DNA from: a virus
DNA: 64,000 bases
Virus record (IMG/VR): IMGVR_UViG_3300020469_000021
Location: 1-64,000 of that record
Direction: 5' to 3' (one strand)
The position numbers and the translations under genes were made by a program. The notes under the pieces are model-generated. The model saw only the letters and a list, made by a program, of their open reading frames with translations. It was not told where the DNA came from and ran no database searches. Every line of letters begins with the position of its first letter. Position 1 is the stretch's first letter. Shown here piece by piece: positions 20,145 to 30,348 of the stretch.

Positions 20145-20375
20145 ATGGATTATGATTCTCAAACAGATGCTTTTAGATTTGATTTAGACTCTATGGTCGA
20201 CAGGTATCTTGAAGAGTTTGACATTAACTCTATAACTATCATAGGAGCACTACAAGAAAAAGTATACGAGTTATCTCAAGGCGGGAACATTGTATTTAAA
20301 ATGGATTCAGAATTTTGGGAATTTGATTTTGATGACATAGAAGATTCTGACGATCTTATCGAAGAAGACTCTTAA
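20145..20375 (+). CDS. Small very acidic protein
   Basis: D/E-rich; GTGTA 14 nt upstream. Confidence 0.7.
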   Translation: MDYDSQTDAFRFDLDSMVDRYLEEFDINSITIIGALQEKVYELSQGGNIVFKMDSEFWEFDFDDIEDSDDLIEEDS

Positions 20376-20428
20376 TTTTTGTTTTATTTTGCTTGACATT
20401 TAAACTTGTTCGTGATAAGATTATCACC

Positions 20429-21532
20429 ATGGCAAGAAAAAAAATTAATGCTCAAAAAAAATTTCGAATAAAAACCTTTGCAACTCATCAGTATTGGAAT
20501 ATAAATTATACCGAACATTTAGCCGACCGCTCACAAAAAGATTTTAAAGTTTTTATAAAAGCAAAATCTTACGAAGAAGCTAAAAACTTACTTCAAGATA
20601 GGCTTAGCCACCAAAATCCACCTGCCACAGCAAAAGCTATACAGGGATTTATGTTTCATAAAAATTACAAAGGTAAAAACAATGTTCGCCTAGGAATAAA
20701 ACAGTGGGAACAGATAAGAAATGCTTCATTTCCTAATGCAAATAATTTGTTATATAAATTAGAAATTCCAAGATCGCCAGAAAAGAGCAATCGCTTTAAC
20801 GCGACAGACCACCATCACCTTTCTAAAATTGGATTTAAAAAAGGAAAAGAAAACTGGTCGACTAAACACCGAAAAGGTATCATTTTGCCCCTTGAAGACA
20901 GGGAAGGAATGATATATCACGGCAAGTGGGTTAAGTGGAATAAAGCTGCAAAAGATTCGACTCGCAAATCTTTAATAAGCGCGCTAGTTAAATGTAATGG
21001 AAACCGGTCTAAAGCAGCTAAAGAATTAGGAATTAGTAGACATAAAATTTATTGCTTAATGCAGAAGTTTCCATCTATTGATTGGCAAAAAGATTACCCT
21101 CCAACAAAACCCTTTTCTGGCGCCTCTAAACCAGATAGAAAACTTCTTTCTATTGTGCAAAAAAAAGTCATGAAAAAGAGAATGGCAGAAGGATATAAAC
21201 CATTTAATTTGTCTCCAGATTTAGAGCAAAAAAGAATAGATAATCTCAAAAAATCTCGCAGACAAAAGAGAGAAAAATATTTAAATTCTATAATTCCCAA
21301 TATTAAAGAAGCTCTTGTCCGTTTTTCTAATCATAGAACTCGAGCAGCAAAATATTTAGGGATGAAACCCTCAACTCTTTGGAAAATCATGAGAGAGTGT
21401 TCTCACATAGTAAACTGGGCAGAAGAATATCCAGTTTCACACAACCTAAAATACAAATCGCTTTTTCCTTCAGACTATCCAGAAAGACCGTTACGCACGG
21501 TTAAAAGACTTAATAAAATTAATAACACATGA
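20429..21532 (+). CDS. Basic protein with two Fis-type HTH motifs
   Basis: ALVKCNGNRSKAAKELGISR and ALVRFSNHRTRAAKYLGMKP; ATG 7 nt after TTGACA(20393)-17-TAAGAT. Confidence 0.75.
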   Translation: MARKKINAQKKFRIKTFATHQYWNINYTEHLADRSQKDFKVFIKAKSYEEAKNLLQDRLSHQNPPATAKAIQGFMFHKNYKGKNNVRLGIKQWEQIRNASFPNANNLLYKLEIPRSPEKSNRFNATDHHHLSKIGFKKGKENWSTKHRKGIILPLEDREGMIYHGKWVKWNKAAKDSTRKSLISALVKCNGNRSKAAKELGISRHKIYCLMQKFPSIDWQKDYPPTKPFSGASKPDRKLLSIVQKKVMKKRMAEGYKPFNLSPDLEQKRIDNLKKSRRQKREKYLNSIIPNIKEALVRFSNHRTRAAKYLGMKPSTLWKIMRECSHIVNWAEEYPVSHNLKYKSLFPSDYPERPLRTVKRLNKINNT

Positions 21533-22674
21533 GAAATCAACGAGAATATTTAAATTCAAATCTAATATCCCTTGACATTAATGGCAAATTCTTAAGCAAA
21601 CAAGATAGACAAAAAGAGCATATTAAGGCGTCGTATGGGCTTAAAACCCCAATACCCACACCAACGCCAATACATATCAAAAAATTTAATGACTTCTTGA
21701 ACCTTTACCAAGAAGATATAAATAAAATCATAGGGAAGTATAGAGGCGACAGACACTATCTCTCTCATGAAGAAATTGTTAGTGAAGTAAATTTATCTCT
21801 TTTAAAAAAGAGAGACGAGTTAATCCATAAATTTAATGGAGATTTTTCTTGCGCAGACTTTCGCAAGTTAGCTTTTTCTTTTGTTAGAAACATTTGCCGC
21901 TGGACATATAGCAGAATACATAATCAATCTTATGTAAAACGCAGGATAGATAAAACGCATCACACTGAAGATGGCTTCAAAAGTTCTTTTGAATTTGCCG
22001 TAGACTTTAATGGAGAAGAAGATCCTTTTTTTGAAGATTTCGATAGAAACGCTAGATGTGAGTACTTAATTAAAATGCTCAAAGAGTATTCTGGCATTCT
22101 TACAGATCAAGAGATTACAGTTTTATCTATGCTAGAAAAGGGAATGAAACAAGAGGAAATTTCAGAAATTCTAGGGGTAACTCGCCAAGCAGTCTCCGTA
22201 ACTCAGATTAATATTTTTGAAAAAGTCAGGCATTACTTCAGTAAATCTGTAATTAATGACCATTCTTTTGACAGTGTCTCAAAAGGATATGAATCAATAA
22301 AAGATTTCTTTTCTGAAAACTCTGGATACTGCAGAATGCAAGATGAAGATAAACCTCTTTTAAAATCTTTTTTATTAAAAAATGCTAAGAGACTTACCTC
22401 GAAAGAAATTTCTGAACAATTTCTGAAGCAAAAATATTCTAAAAGACAGATAGTTGCTTTTGCCGTAAAAAATAAACTTTCTTTTTGCTTAATTAAGTCT
22501 CATCCAAAAAAATACTCAGAAAAAGAGACTAAAAAAGTTTTAAATTTATTTTTAAATGGACATACCACTAAGGAAGTAGCAAAGATCATTAAGAGATCTA
22601 CATCTTCTGTTGCTGGTAAAAGAGCAAATTTTACCTTTTTAGGTTTACTTCCAAGAATTAACAAGAAAAGATGA
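21529..22674 (+). CDS. Sigma70-like factor with extra C-terminal HTH
   Basis: Region 2-like EEIVSEVNLSLLK..F..LAFSFVRN; region 4 LTDQE..MKQEEISEILGVTRQAVS; GHTTKEVAKIIKRS. Confidence 0.65.
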   Translation: MRNQREYLNSNLISLDINGKFLSKQDRQKEHIKASYGLKTPIPTPTPIHIKKFNDFLNLYQEDINKIIGKYRGDRHYLSHEEIVSEVNLSLLKKRDELIHKFNGDFSCADFRKLAFSFVRNICRWTYSRIHNQSYVKRRIDKTHHTEDGFKSSFEFAVDFNGEEDPFFEDFDRNARCEYLIKMLKEYSGILTDQEITVLSMLEKGMKQEEISEILGVTRQAVSVTQINIFEKVRHYFSKSVINDHSFDSVSKGYESIKDFFSENSGYCRMQDEDKPLLKSFLLKNAKRLTSKEISEQFLKQKYSKRQIVAFAVKNKLSFCLIKSHPKKYSEKETKKVLNLFLNGHTTKEVAKIIKRSTSSVAGKRANFTFLGLLPRINKKR

Positions 22675-22678
22675 CGGC

Positions 22679-22855
22679 ATGAGGCCTTGGTCGGATTTAA
22701 ACACCACGGGTAGGCTTCTTTTTATCTGCACTATAATAAATGTTTGGGTTACTATAGCTTTTATTTTTTATGCGAATATCTTAGCTATTTTTTCAATTTC
22801 AATGGCTATGTTTTGCGGAATTAGTACTTATAATTCTAGATACGATAAAAATTAG
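22679..22855 (+). CDS. 58-aa membrane protein (not in ORF track)
   Basis: MRPWSDLNTTGRLLFICTIINVWVTIAFIFY... Confidence 0.55.
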   Translation: MRPWSDLNTTGRLLFICTIINVWVTIAFIFYANILAIFSISMAMFCGISTYNSRYDKN

Positions 22856-22868
22856 TGTAATCACTTGT

Positions 22869-23114
22869 GTGAACGACAAGAGATTAATGCATTTTTTAGG
22901 GTTTTTATGCGCTTTTTTATTATATCTTTTATATGTCGAACAAAAAGAATCTAAAAACCTTGAAGATACGATATATAAACAAGGAGAGGCGATTAAAGCA
23001 CAATCTTTATATATTCGATTTTTAGAATATAGAGGAAGTGCAGATCACCCTAGTTTTATTTTACCCCCTAACACGCCTTTAGAAAAATCCCCAATTTACA
23101 AGTTTCCAATATGA
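22869..23114 (+). CDS. Small N-terminally anchored protein
   Basis: TM plus coiled coil; GTGTA 14 nt upstream. Confidence 0.6.
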   Translation: MNDKRLMHFLGFLCAFLLYLLYVEQKESKNLEDTIYKQGEAIKAQSLYIRFLEYRGSADHPSFILPPNTPLEKSPIYKFPI

Positions 23115-23581
23115 CATTACGAGAGTTAATTAATTGCAATGCCTACAAAAATGTTTTTAATTTCCTATATAAAATTTATTATAAAGATAAAGATTCAAGT
23201 GAAGTTGAAAAATTTGATGTAGCATATCTTGACGTATGGAATAATCTTATTAAAAAAAAATTAAATCTTAAAAAAGATTATAAAATTTTAATAAAAGAGT
23301 TTCCAGCCAATCCAGAAGATGAGTTCAGCGAAAGCTTTATTGATGTCTGCCTAGAAGAAAAAGGAGAAATTTTTTCAATAGATTTAGTTATTTGGAATGA
23401 TCTTATTGATGTTGAAGTTTGTAAAAAAGCGGATATTTGCGATGCAGAAGCGCTCGCCCATATTCTTTGGGAGATAACTTTTTATGGTTTTAGCGAGGCG
23501 CAAATAGAAAATTTTAGAAAGTCATTAGACAAATTGTCTAAAGAGAATGGAGAGTCTATAGACTTGGAAGACTTGTTCTAA
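23111..23581 (+). CDS. DUF6557-like hypothetical protein
   Basis: LAHILWEITFYGFSE. Confidence 0.55.
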   Translation: MTLRELINCNAYKNVFNFLYKIYYKDKDSSEVEKFDVAYLDVWNNLIKKKLNLKKDYKILIKEFPANPEDEFSESFIDVCLEEKGEIFSIDLVIWNDLIDVEVCKKADICDAEALAHILWEITFYGFSEAQIENFRKSLDKLSKENGESIDLEDLF

Positions 23582-24253
23582 ATGCCCCTTTTAAGAAAGT
23601 ATAAATCTATTTTTATCCACATTCCAAAATGCGGAGGCAGTAGCGTTGAATCTGTTTTATTTCCTGAAGAAGATCGTCTCCCGAATAATTTATGGATGGG
23701 CATAGGCTTAGGGAAAAACCCAGAGTATTGTTTGAGCGGGCTTGGCTTCAGAAATCAATATGGCATTACCGGAGGCTTGCAACACCTGCCTGCGAAAACT
23801 ATAAAAAGAGTTGTAGATAAAAATCTTTTTGATTCTTATTTCAAATTTTGCTTTGTTAGAAATCCATATGAAAGAGCGGTATCTCAGTTTTTTTATTCAA
23901 AAAATTTTAGGTCGGACTTATGTGAATGGATTGATCTGCCACAAAATGGCGAGTTTAGTTTTACAGATTATCTCAATGCTATAATCTCATCACCTACTCA
24001 TGTTCAATTTCAGCCTCAGTGTGATTTTATCTTTGAAGGTCCAAATCTTTTAGTTGATTTTGTTGGCAGGGTAGATAACTTTCAGGAAGATTTTGATTTT
24101 ATTTGCAACATGATAGACATCCCTTCTAAAAAAATTCCGCACGCCAACAAAAGTAATAATTTACATTATAGAGATATGTATTCTCTTTCTGACAAAAGGC
24201 TTGTAGAAAAAATATATGAATGTGATATAGACTTCTTAAAATATTCTTTTTAA
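23582..24253 (+). CDS. Sulfotransferase family 2 protein
   Basis: HIPKCGGSS; FVRNPYERAVS. Confidence 0.9.
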   Translation: MPLLRKYKSIFIHIPKCGGSSVESVLFPEEDRLPNNLWMGIGLGKNPEYCLSGLGFRNQYGITGGLQHLPAKTIKRVVDKNLFDSYFKFCFVRNPYERAVSQFFYSKNFRSDLCEWIDLPQNGEFSFTDYLNAIISSPTHVQFQPQCDFIFEGPNLLVDFVGRVDNFQEDFDFICNMIDIPSKKIPHANKSNNLHYRDMYSLSDKRLVEKIYECDIDFLKYSF

Positions 24254-24254
24254 C

Positions 24255-24872
24255 ATGATTAGCCACTCAAAAAAATTTGCCTTTCTTCATTTGCCAAAAT
24301 GCGCAGGGACTTCCTTGCGTTCAGTTCTCGAGCCATATAGAGACGAAGAAAAAATGGCATTGGGCCACCCTAGGCTTAGAGTCATAATGGATGACTACTA
24401 TCTAATTAGGCCGTGCGGGCAAGAAATTTACATAAACAAAGATTCCTACAAAATATTTACCTTTGTCAGAAATCCTTTTGATAGGCTCGTTAGCGCTTTT
24501 TTTTATCTAAAGTCTGGAGGGGGCAATGATTTGGATTCAAAATTTTCTAAAGATAACAATCTTTTATATGCAAAGTTTACTGATTTCGTGAAAGAGCAAC
24601 TATGCCAATGCAATTACATTCACTTTCGCAAGATAGTTGGAGATTTGATTTTAGAAAGAGACCTAAAGCACATTGATTTCATTGGAAAAATTGAGACTTT
24701 CAACTCAGACTGGGAGTTTCTTTGCTCAAAAATAGGCATCCCTTATTCTGAAATTCCTAACAAAAATTCCAGTAACCACAAAGATTATAGAGAACACTAT
24801 ACCGATGAGACTCGGGCGATAGCTCAAGATTACTACTCCAAAGATATAGAATATTTTAAATATGAATTCTAA
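24255..24872 (+). CDS. Sulfotransferase family 2 protein
   Basis: HLPKCAGTS; FVRNPFDRLVS. Confidence 0.9.
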   Translation: MISHSKKFAFLHLPKCAGTSLRSVLEPYRDEEKMALGHPRLRVIMDDYYLIRPCGQEIYINKDSYKIFTFVRNPFDRLVSAFFYLKSGGGNDLDSKFSKDNNLLYAKFTDFVKEQLCQCNYIHFRKIVGDLILERDLKHIDFIGKIETFNSDWEFLCSKIGIPYSEIPNKNSSNHKDYREHYTDETRAIAQDYYSKDIEYFKYEF

Positions 24873-25656
24873 TTTTATAGATAATTTTGAGATAGTTGGC
24901 TTTGGGGATGGGCGCTTTAAACGCATCGCCCTAAACTGGGCGCTTCATTTAGAAGACCTCGGAATTAAAAACTATTCAGTTATTTGCATGGATGAAGAAA
25001 TAAATGATTACCTAATCAATCATAACATAAAAACTACAATTCTTAAAAAAGAAATCTTTTCTGATGGATTTAAAGCTGATTGGGGCGCGCGTTTTAAAGA
25101 GCTTTTTAGATTAATTAATTCAGGTAAAAGTATTATCCACTCAGATTTAGACGCAGTTTGGCTTAAAAATCCCAAAGACTATATAATTGAAGGCTATGAT
25201 ATAATATCATCTGTGGGCAATATGCCAGATTATACTCGGTTTTTTAAAAAATTTCACTGCTCAATATGCATGGGCTGGATTTGTGTACGATCAAACGAAA
25301 AAACTATAAAACTTTTTGAATCTATACTGGAAGACCCAAAACTTCATAGGACAGGAAATTTTGATGATCAAATTGCATTCAATTTTAAACTTTTAGATGA
25401 GCAAGAAACTTTAATTCATGTTGTTAAAGATGAACGCTCTATACAAGAAGCAGAAGATTTTATTTGCGGAAATCTTAGCGTTAGACTTTTAAAGCAAAAA
25501 GTTATTAACCGACACGATCAAAATATTTCTGAATGTTTTATATCTCATCCAATCCCCCCCTATTCTGGATTTAAAACCTTAAAACTATATGACACTCCTT
25601 ATCATCTTGAGTCATTCTTCAGAGGTATAGGATTGTGGCATAACAAAATAATCTAA
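24862..25656 (+). CDS. Nucleotide-diphospho-sugar transferase (GT77-like)
   Basis: HSDLDAVWLKNP, CMGW, DDQIAFN. Confidence 0.75.
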   Translation: MNSNFIDNFEIVGFGDGRFKRIALNWALHLEDLGIKNYSVICMDEEINDYLINHNIKTTILKKEIFSDGFKADWGARFKELFRLINSGKSIIHSDLDAVWLKNPKDYIIEGYDIISSVGNMPDYTRFFKKFHCSICMGWICVRSNEKTIKLFESILEDPKLHRTGNFDDQIAFNFKLLDEQETLIHVVKDERSIQEAEDFICGNLSVRLLKQKVINRHDQNISECFISHPIPPYSGFKTLKLYDTPYHLESFFRGIGLWHNKII

Positions 25657-25662
25657 AACAAA

Positions 25663-26172
25663 ATGAATTTATATAATTTACCGATTCATAAAGAATCCCC
25701 AAAAATCATTAACTGTATTGTAGAAATACCTAAAGGGACTAACGCAAAGTATGAATACGACAACGAGTTAGGAGTTTTCTTTTATGACAGAAGCTTAACC
25801 TCTGCTTTTATGTATCCTTGCAGTTACGGGTTTATACCAAATACGCTTGGAGGAGACGGAGATGCATTAGATGTTTTGGTATACAATCACTCTCCAATAG
25901 ATAGGGGCACTCTCGTAGAGTGTACTCCTTTAGGTTTACTTGATATGGAAGACGATGGTATGAAAGATTATAAAATTTTAGCTACGCCCACCTGTCATAT
26001 AAACAAATATACATGCCTAGACGATGTAAACTCTTTATTCTTAAAAATTTGCTCTAATTTCTTTCAGCATTACAAAGATTTAAATGGAAAAAAGGTTGAA
26101 GTGTTTGATTGGCACGAAAAAGAAATGGCATATCAAATTGTAAACGAAAGTATTAAAAATGATCAATCATAA
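25663..26172 (+). CDS. ppa: Inorganic pyrophosphatase (family I)
   Basis: EIPKG..KYE, YGFIPNT, DGDALDV, DYKIL, FFQHYK. Confidence 0.95.
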   Translation: MNLYNLPIHKESPKIINCIVEIPKGTNAKYEYDNELGVFFYDRSLTSAFMYPCSYGFIPNTLGGDGDALDVLVYNHSPIDRGTLVECTPLGLLDMEDDGMKDYKILATPTCHINKYTCLDDVNSLFLKICSNFFQHYKDLNGKKVEVFDWHEKEMAYQIVNESIKNDQS

Positions 26173-26719
26173 AAACAAATTTATTTTTATTCATATCCCT
26201 AAGTGTGGCGGCAATTCTATAAAATCTCCTCTCGGCATCAAAGGCCACCATCACAGCGCAATCAGTGAAAAAAAATATTCTAATCACATGGATTATTTTA
26301 AATTTACTTTTGTCAGGAATCCGTGGGATAGGTTTTTAAGCGCATATTCTTACTTAAAAGCCGGGGGTTTCGGCAATAAGCTAGATCTTAATTTAAAACA
26401 AAAAATCGAAAGCTACGATTCTTTTGAAGAATTTATTCTTAAAGCTCCGTTTTTAACATACCTCCACTTTGAACCTATGTTTAAACTCATACAAATCGAT
26501 GGAGAAGACCGAATGGATTTTATTGGTAGGGTAGAGAATTATCAAGAAGACTTTGACATAATCTGCGACAAAATTGGTGTTCCACGCAAAGAACTTCCAC
26601 ATACAAACAAAAGCAAACACAAACACTATACAGAATACTACAACGATCAAACTCGCAAACTTATCGCGCAATTCTATTCGAAAGATGTGGATTATTTCGG
26701 CTACAAATTTGGAGAATGA
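26159..26719 (+). CDS. Sulfotransferase family 2 protein
   Basis: HIPKCGGNS; FVRNPWDRFLS. Confidence 0.9.
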   Translation: MINHKNKFIFIHIPKCGGNSIKSPLGIKGHHHSAISEKKYSNHMDYFKFTFVRNPWDRFLSAYSYLKAGGFGNKLDLNLKQKIESYDSFEEFILKAPFLTYLHFEPMFKLIQIDGEDRMDFIGRVENYQEDFDIICDKIGVPRKELPHTNKSKHKHYTEYYNDQTRKLIAQFYSKDVDYFGYKFGE

Positions 26720-26722
26720 GAA

Positions 26723-27250
26723 ATGACGAGTGCGAAATGTAAGTTTATTTTTGTGCATGTGACAAAAACAGGGGGTACATCTATACAGCGCGCATTAAAT
26801 ATAAGAACAGATCATGTACCTGCAAGTAAAATTAGAGAAAAAGTTGGAAAGAATAAATGGAGTAGTTACTTTAAATTTAGTTTTGTTCGGAATCCTTTTG
26901 ACAAGATAGTCTCTCAGTACCACTATAACGGTTCTGACTTTGGATTTAAAAATTCAACCTTTAAGCAGTATGTAAAAGCATGGAGCGAAGGCCATAGAAT
27001 AAGCTGGTACCCCCCATTTAACTTATTTTACATAGATGAAAAACTAGATTTTATAGGAAGATTTGAAAACCTGCAAGAAGACTTTGATATCGTCTGCGAC
27101 AAAATTGGAATTGCAAGACAACAACTTCCTCGCGCAAACAAAAGCGAACATAAGCACTACACCGAATACTACGATGAAGAAACAAAGCAAATTGTTGCAG
27201 AAAAGCATGCAAAAGATATCGAGTATTTCGGCTACAAATTTGGAGAGTAA
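26723..27250 (+). CDS. Sulfotransferase family 2 protein
   Basis: HVTKTGGTS; FVRNPFDKIVS. Confidence 0.88.
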   Translation: MTSAKCKFIFVHVTKTGGTSIQRALNIRTDHVPASKIREKVGKNKWSSYFKFSFVRNPFDKIVSQYHYNGSDFGFKNSTFKQYVKAWSEGHRISWYPPFNLFYIDEKLDFIGRFENLQEDFDIVCDKIGIARQQLPRANKSEHKHYTEYYDEETKQIVAEKHAKDIEYFGYKFGE

Positions 27251-27321
27251 AATGAAAAAAACAACTTTAAAAATAATGTAATAGTCCAGAGCTGTATGGG
27301 CAAAAACGCAAAGGTTTACAA

Positions 27322-27951
27322 ATGATAAGTCATAAACATAAATTTATATATACAAGAGTTGCAAAAACAGGGTCTTCCGCCCTACTATCTGAGCTTAAGA
27401 ATTATGTGAGTGATTTTCAGAGGGCATTCAATCAAAAAAGTTTTGACTATGATTTCAATCATATTTCAACTCCAGATATCAAAAAAAAAGTGCCTGATGA
27501 ATTCGATGAATATTTCAAATGGGCATTCACCAGAAACCCTTGGGATCGATTAGTTTCTGTTTGGGCTATGAATAAGCAGAAAGAAGGGTTTGCCTGCACC
27601 TTTCCTCGGTGTATTTCAGATTTTCCTGATTTTGTTAAATCATTAGACAACTTAGATTGGATACCTAAAAAAAACAGATTTACAGAAAGCAATAAAAAAT
27701 ATTTTAATTACACCTTTGGAAATGTTTCTGACTTTACTGAAGGATCTGATTTTATCGGTCGTTTTGAAAACCTTCAAGAAGACTTTGATATCGTCTGTGA
27801 CAAAATTGGAATTCCGCGACAAGAACTTCCACACAGAAATGCTACAAAACACAAACACTATACCGAATACTACGATGAAGAAACAAGGCAAATCGTTGCG
27901 GAAAAATACGCAAAAGACATTGAGTATTTCGGATATGAATTTGGAGAATAA
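27322..27951 (+). CDS. Sulfotransferase family 2 protein
   Basis: RVAKTGSS; FTRNPWDRLVS. Confidence 0.88.
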   Translation: MISHKHKFIYTRVAKTGSSALLSELKNYVSDFQRAFNQKSFDYDFNHISTPDIKKKVPDEFDEYFKWAFTRNPWDRLVSVWAMNKQKEGFACTFPRCISDFPDFVKSLDNLDWIPKKNRFTESNKKYFNYTFGNVSDFTEGSDFIGRFENLQEDFDIVCDKIGIPRQELPHRNATKHKHYTEYYDEETRQIVAEKYAKDIEYFGYEFGE

Positions 27952-27954
27952 CAA

Positions 27955-28794
27955 ATGAAAAATAAAAAACAAAAATGGTGGAAAAATAAATTCTCATCCA
28001 CAATAGTATTAAAAACTTTCTTATTTAAGGTGGAGCTCTCTGGCAACGCCGATGGCGGCATATTAATATTCAAATCACTTCTATCTAAAACACCAAGCGC
28101 TTTCCTTAAATTAGACCCTGAAATAATAATGAAATTCGCAAATGATGTCTGCATGAAAATGCATAGATTTGGCGAAATTGAAAGTATACCCGAAGATAAA
28201 ATTATAAACTTACATGAAAATTACTTCTGCGCAGAGACGATAAGAGACATTTATTCAAATATCATCTCAGACCTACAGGCTGACAACAGCGGACACAGAA
28301 CAAATAATATTGTTTCATTCGGTCACGTGTTGAAAAATAAGCCTGAAAGAATAAAATACATTGAAATGTGTGAAAACTCTGCTTTTTTAGACTATATACC
28401 AACTAAAAAATTTAATACATATTCTAAAGATACTGCGGAATTCAAAAGCGTATTAGATCTAAAAAAGAGTCATAAATATTTCATTGACCTAGCAGGCCAT
28501 ACCTACAGTACTAAATCATATCTATTTCTTGCGTCTAAAAGAGTTTACTTTTCTTCCGAGCATCCTGAGGTTTTTGAATGGGAAAAAAACCACCTAAAGC
28601 CTTGGGAAAATTACGTTCCAGTTAAAAGCGATCTTTCAGATCTTATGGATAATTATCAAATCATAGAGTCAGATCCAAAACTATATGAAAAAATTATTCA
28701 AAACAATATTAATTTATTACAAAACCAAATCTCTCCAGAATTAATGCTAGATCAAGTAATAAAAAAAATTGCATCTCATGTAAAATTTGCGTGA
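27955..28794 (+). CDS. GT90/CAP10-like glycosyltransferase
   Basis: KYFIDLAGHTYS, LKPWENYVPVKSDLSDL. Confidence 0.75.
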   Translation: MKNKKQKWWKNKFSSTIVLKTFLFKVELSGNADGGILIFKSLLSKTPSAFLKLDPEIIMKFANDVCMKMHRFGEIESIPEDKIINLHENYFCAETIRDIYSNIISDLQADNSGHRTNNIVSFGHVLKNKPERIKYIEMCENSAFLDYIPTKKFNTYSKDTAEFKSVLDLKKSHKYFIDLAGHTYSTKSYLFLASKRVYFSSEHPEVFEWEKNHLKPWENYVPVKSDLSDLMDNYQIIESDPKLYEKIIQNNINLLQNQISPELMLDQVIKKIASHVKFA

Positions 28795-30305
28795 ATATTT
28801 CTCTCTATACGCTGCTAATCCCAAGAATGGAGCTTCCATTCATCGAAGAATGGATTGAGCATCACCTAAGTCTTGGGGTGGATAAAATCTATATCTATAA
28901 TAACGGCGACGCCCCCTCTGATAGCGATGAATATCTACAGGCTGGAGCTAGAGAATTATCAAGGCAAGAAAAAAATATTAAGTGGGCAAAAAAACCAGAC
29001 GCAGAATATTGTTTAGAACTTACTTCTGAAGAAGCGCTAAAACAACTTAATAAAATACTCGAAAAGTACAAAGGCAAAGTTTTTTTAAAATCTTGGATAT
29101 ATGGCAAAGATCATTCTACTGCATATCCAGAATCACAAATTACTGGTTACAAAAATTGCGCGGAAAATAACTATTCGGATTGGTGGCTATTCATGGATGT
29201 AGATGAATTTTTGTTTTTAAATAAACATAAGAATATAAAAAGTTTTTTATCCGATCAGCCAGATTCTAACCACAGCTTAAGATTAGAATTTCCTCAGAGA
29301 GTCTTCAATAAAAGAGTTAAAGAAAAATCGGTTAGAAAAATATTCGACTGGGGCTACGATCATTTGACTCAATTCAAATCTATGATTAAAGGCATCAAAT
29401 TTAGAGATGGCAATGACATTTGCGATGTACACAGTATAGGAGGCGAATGCGTAGAGAGCATTGCGGTACCTTTTGAAGTTGCAAGGTACCACCATTATAG
29501 AGGAGATCCTAGCAAAATGGGCGGTCCAGCGCACAGGCGCATGGGAAAAGTTAGTTTTAACAAATTTGATATTTCAATGTCCAAATACTTCCAAAAAACT
29601 GGCATAATAACCCCCATCATTGGAGATGCCTACGACAGTCAAGTTAGGCTTGGCATGATATCTAAAAACATTTATTGCAGAAGAAATAAATACGAATTGA
29701 TCATCCCCAAAAAAAAAGAATACGAAAAAATTCAAGACCCAAATAAGCGCCCCGGCTGGGTTAAAGTAGATTGCTTGATAGAAAACTACTATAAATACAA
29801 TCTTCTTTTTCTGAGCGACGCAGATGTTTGTATTATGAATTTTGACTTTAACCTTGAAAATTTAGCGAAAGAATTTACAGAAGAAAAACTTATGTTAATC
29901 ACAAAAGATCGCAACGGAATAAACAGTGGCAATGTTTTAATTAAAGGAGGGAGTCAAATAATGTACTACTATCTAAACAGGTGGCGAAATCTACTTGGAG
30001 GTCAATATAAATATGTAGGATATCAAGACCAACCCGCTTTATCTTATATGATTCATGAGACTGATTTTAAAAAACATGTCAAGATAGTCGACCAGTCTCT
30101 AATCAACAGTTACCCTAAAAATATAGCCCACAAAGGAGACAAAGCTTACAAAGATGGGGATTTCTTAATTCATTACGCTGGATACAATACTAGCCCTCAA
30201 GAAGAGGAGCTTAATTTATCAAAAGCTATGGAAAAAGATTTCCATAAGTCCATGGGCATTAACAATGTAAGCTGTAAAGAGATCATAGAATCCAAAAATT
30301 ACTAG
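28791..30305 (+). CDS. Two-domain glycosyltransferase (GT92/GT2-like + GT34-like)
   Basis: EWIEHHLSLGVDKIYIYNN, MDVDEF; WVKV, SDADVCIMN, INSG, DQPAL, GDFLIHYAG. Confidence 0.8.
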   Translation: MNISLYTLLIPRMELPFIEEWIEHHLSLGVDKIYIYNNGDAPSDSDEYLQAGARELSRQEKNIKWAKKPDAEYCLELTSEEALKQLNKILEKYKGKVFLKSWIYGKDHSTAYPESQITGYKNCAENNYSDWWLFMDVDEFLFLNKHKNIKSFLSDQPDSNHSLRLEFPQRVFNKRVKEKSVRKIFDWGYDHLTQFKSMIKGIKFRDGNDICDVHSIGGECVESIAVPFEVARYHHYRGDPSKMGGPAHRRMGKVSFNKFDISMSKYFQKTGIITPIIGDAYDSQVRLGMISKNIYCRRNKYELIIPKKKEYEKIQDPNKRPGWVKVDCLIENYYKYNLLFLSDADVCIMNFDFNLENLAKEFTEEKLMLITKDRNGINSGNVLIKGGSQIMYYYLNRWRNLLGGQYKYVGYQDQPALSYMIHETDFKKHVKIVDQSLINSYPKNIAHKGDKAYKDGDFLIHYAGYNTSPQEEELNLSKAMEKDFHKSMGINNVSCKEIIESKNY

Positions 30306-30348
30306 TTAGATTTTTGGGGCGCTTGCAATATTTGGTGTATACATATGT

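Noticed and set aside
26516-27951. Repeated 3' ends as a DGR template/variable pair
   Set aside because: Differences are not adenine-specific, all copies are coding, and no reverse transcriptase is in the window.
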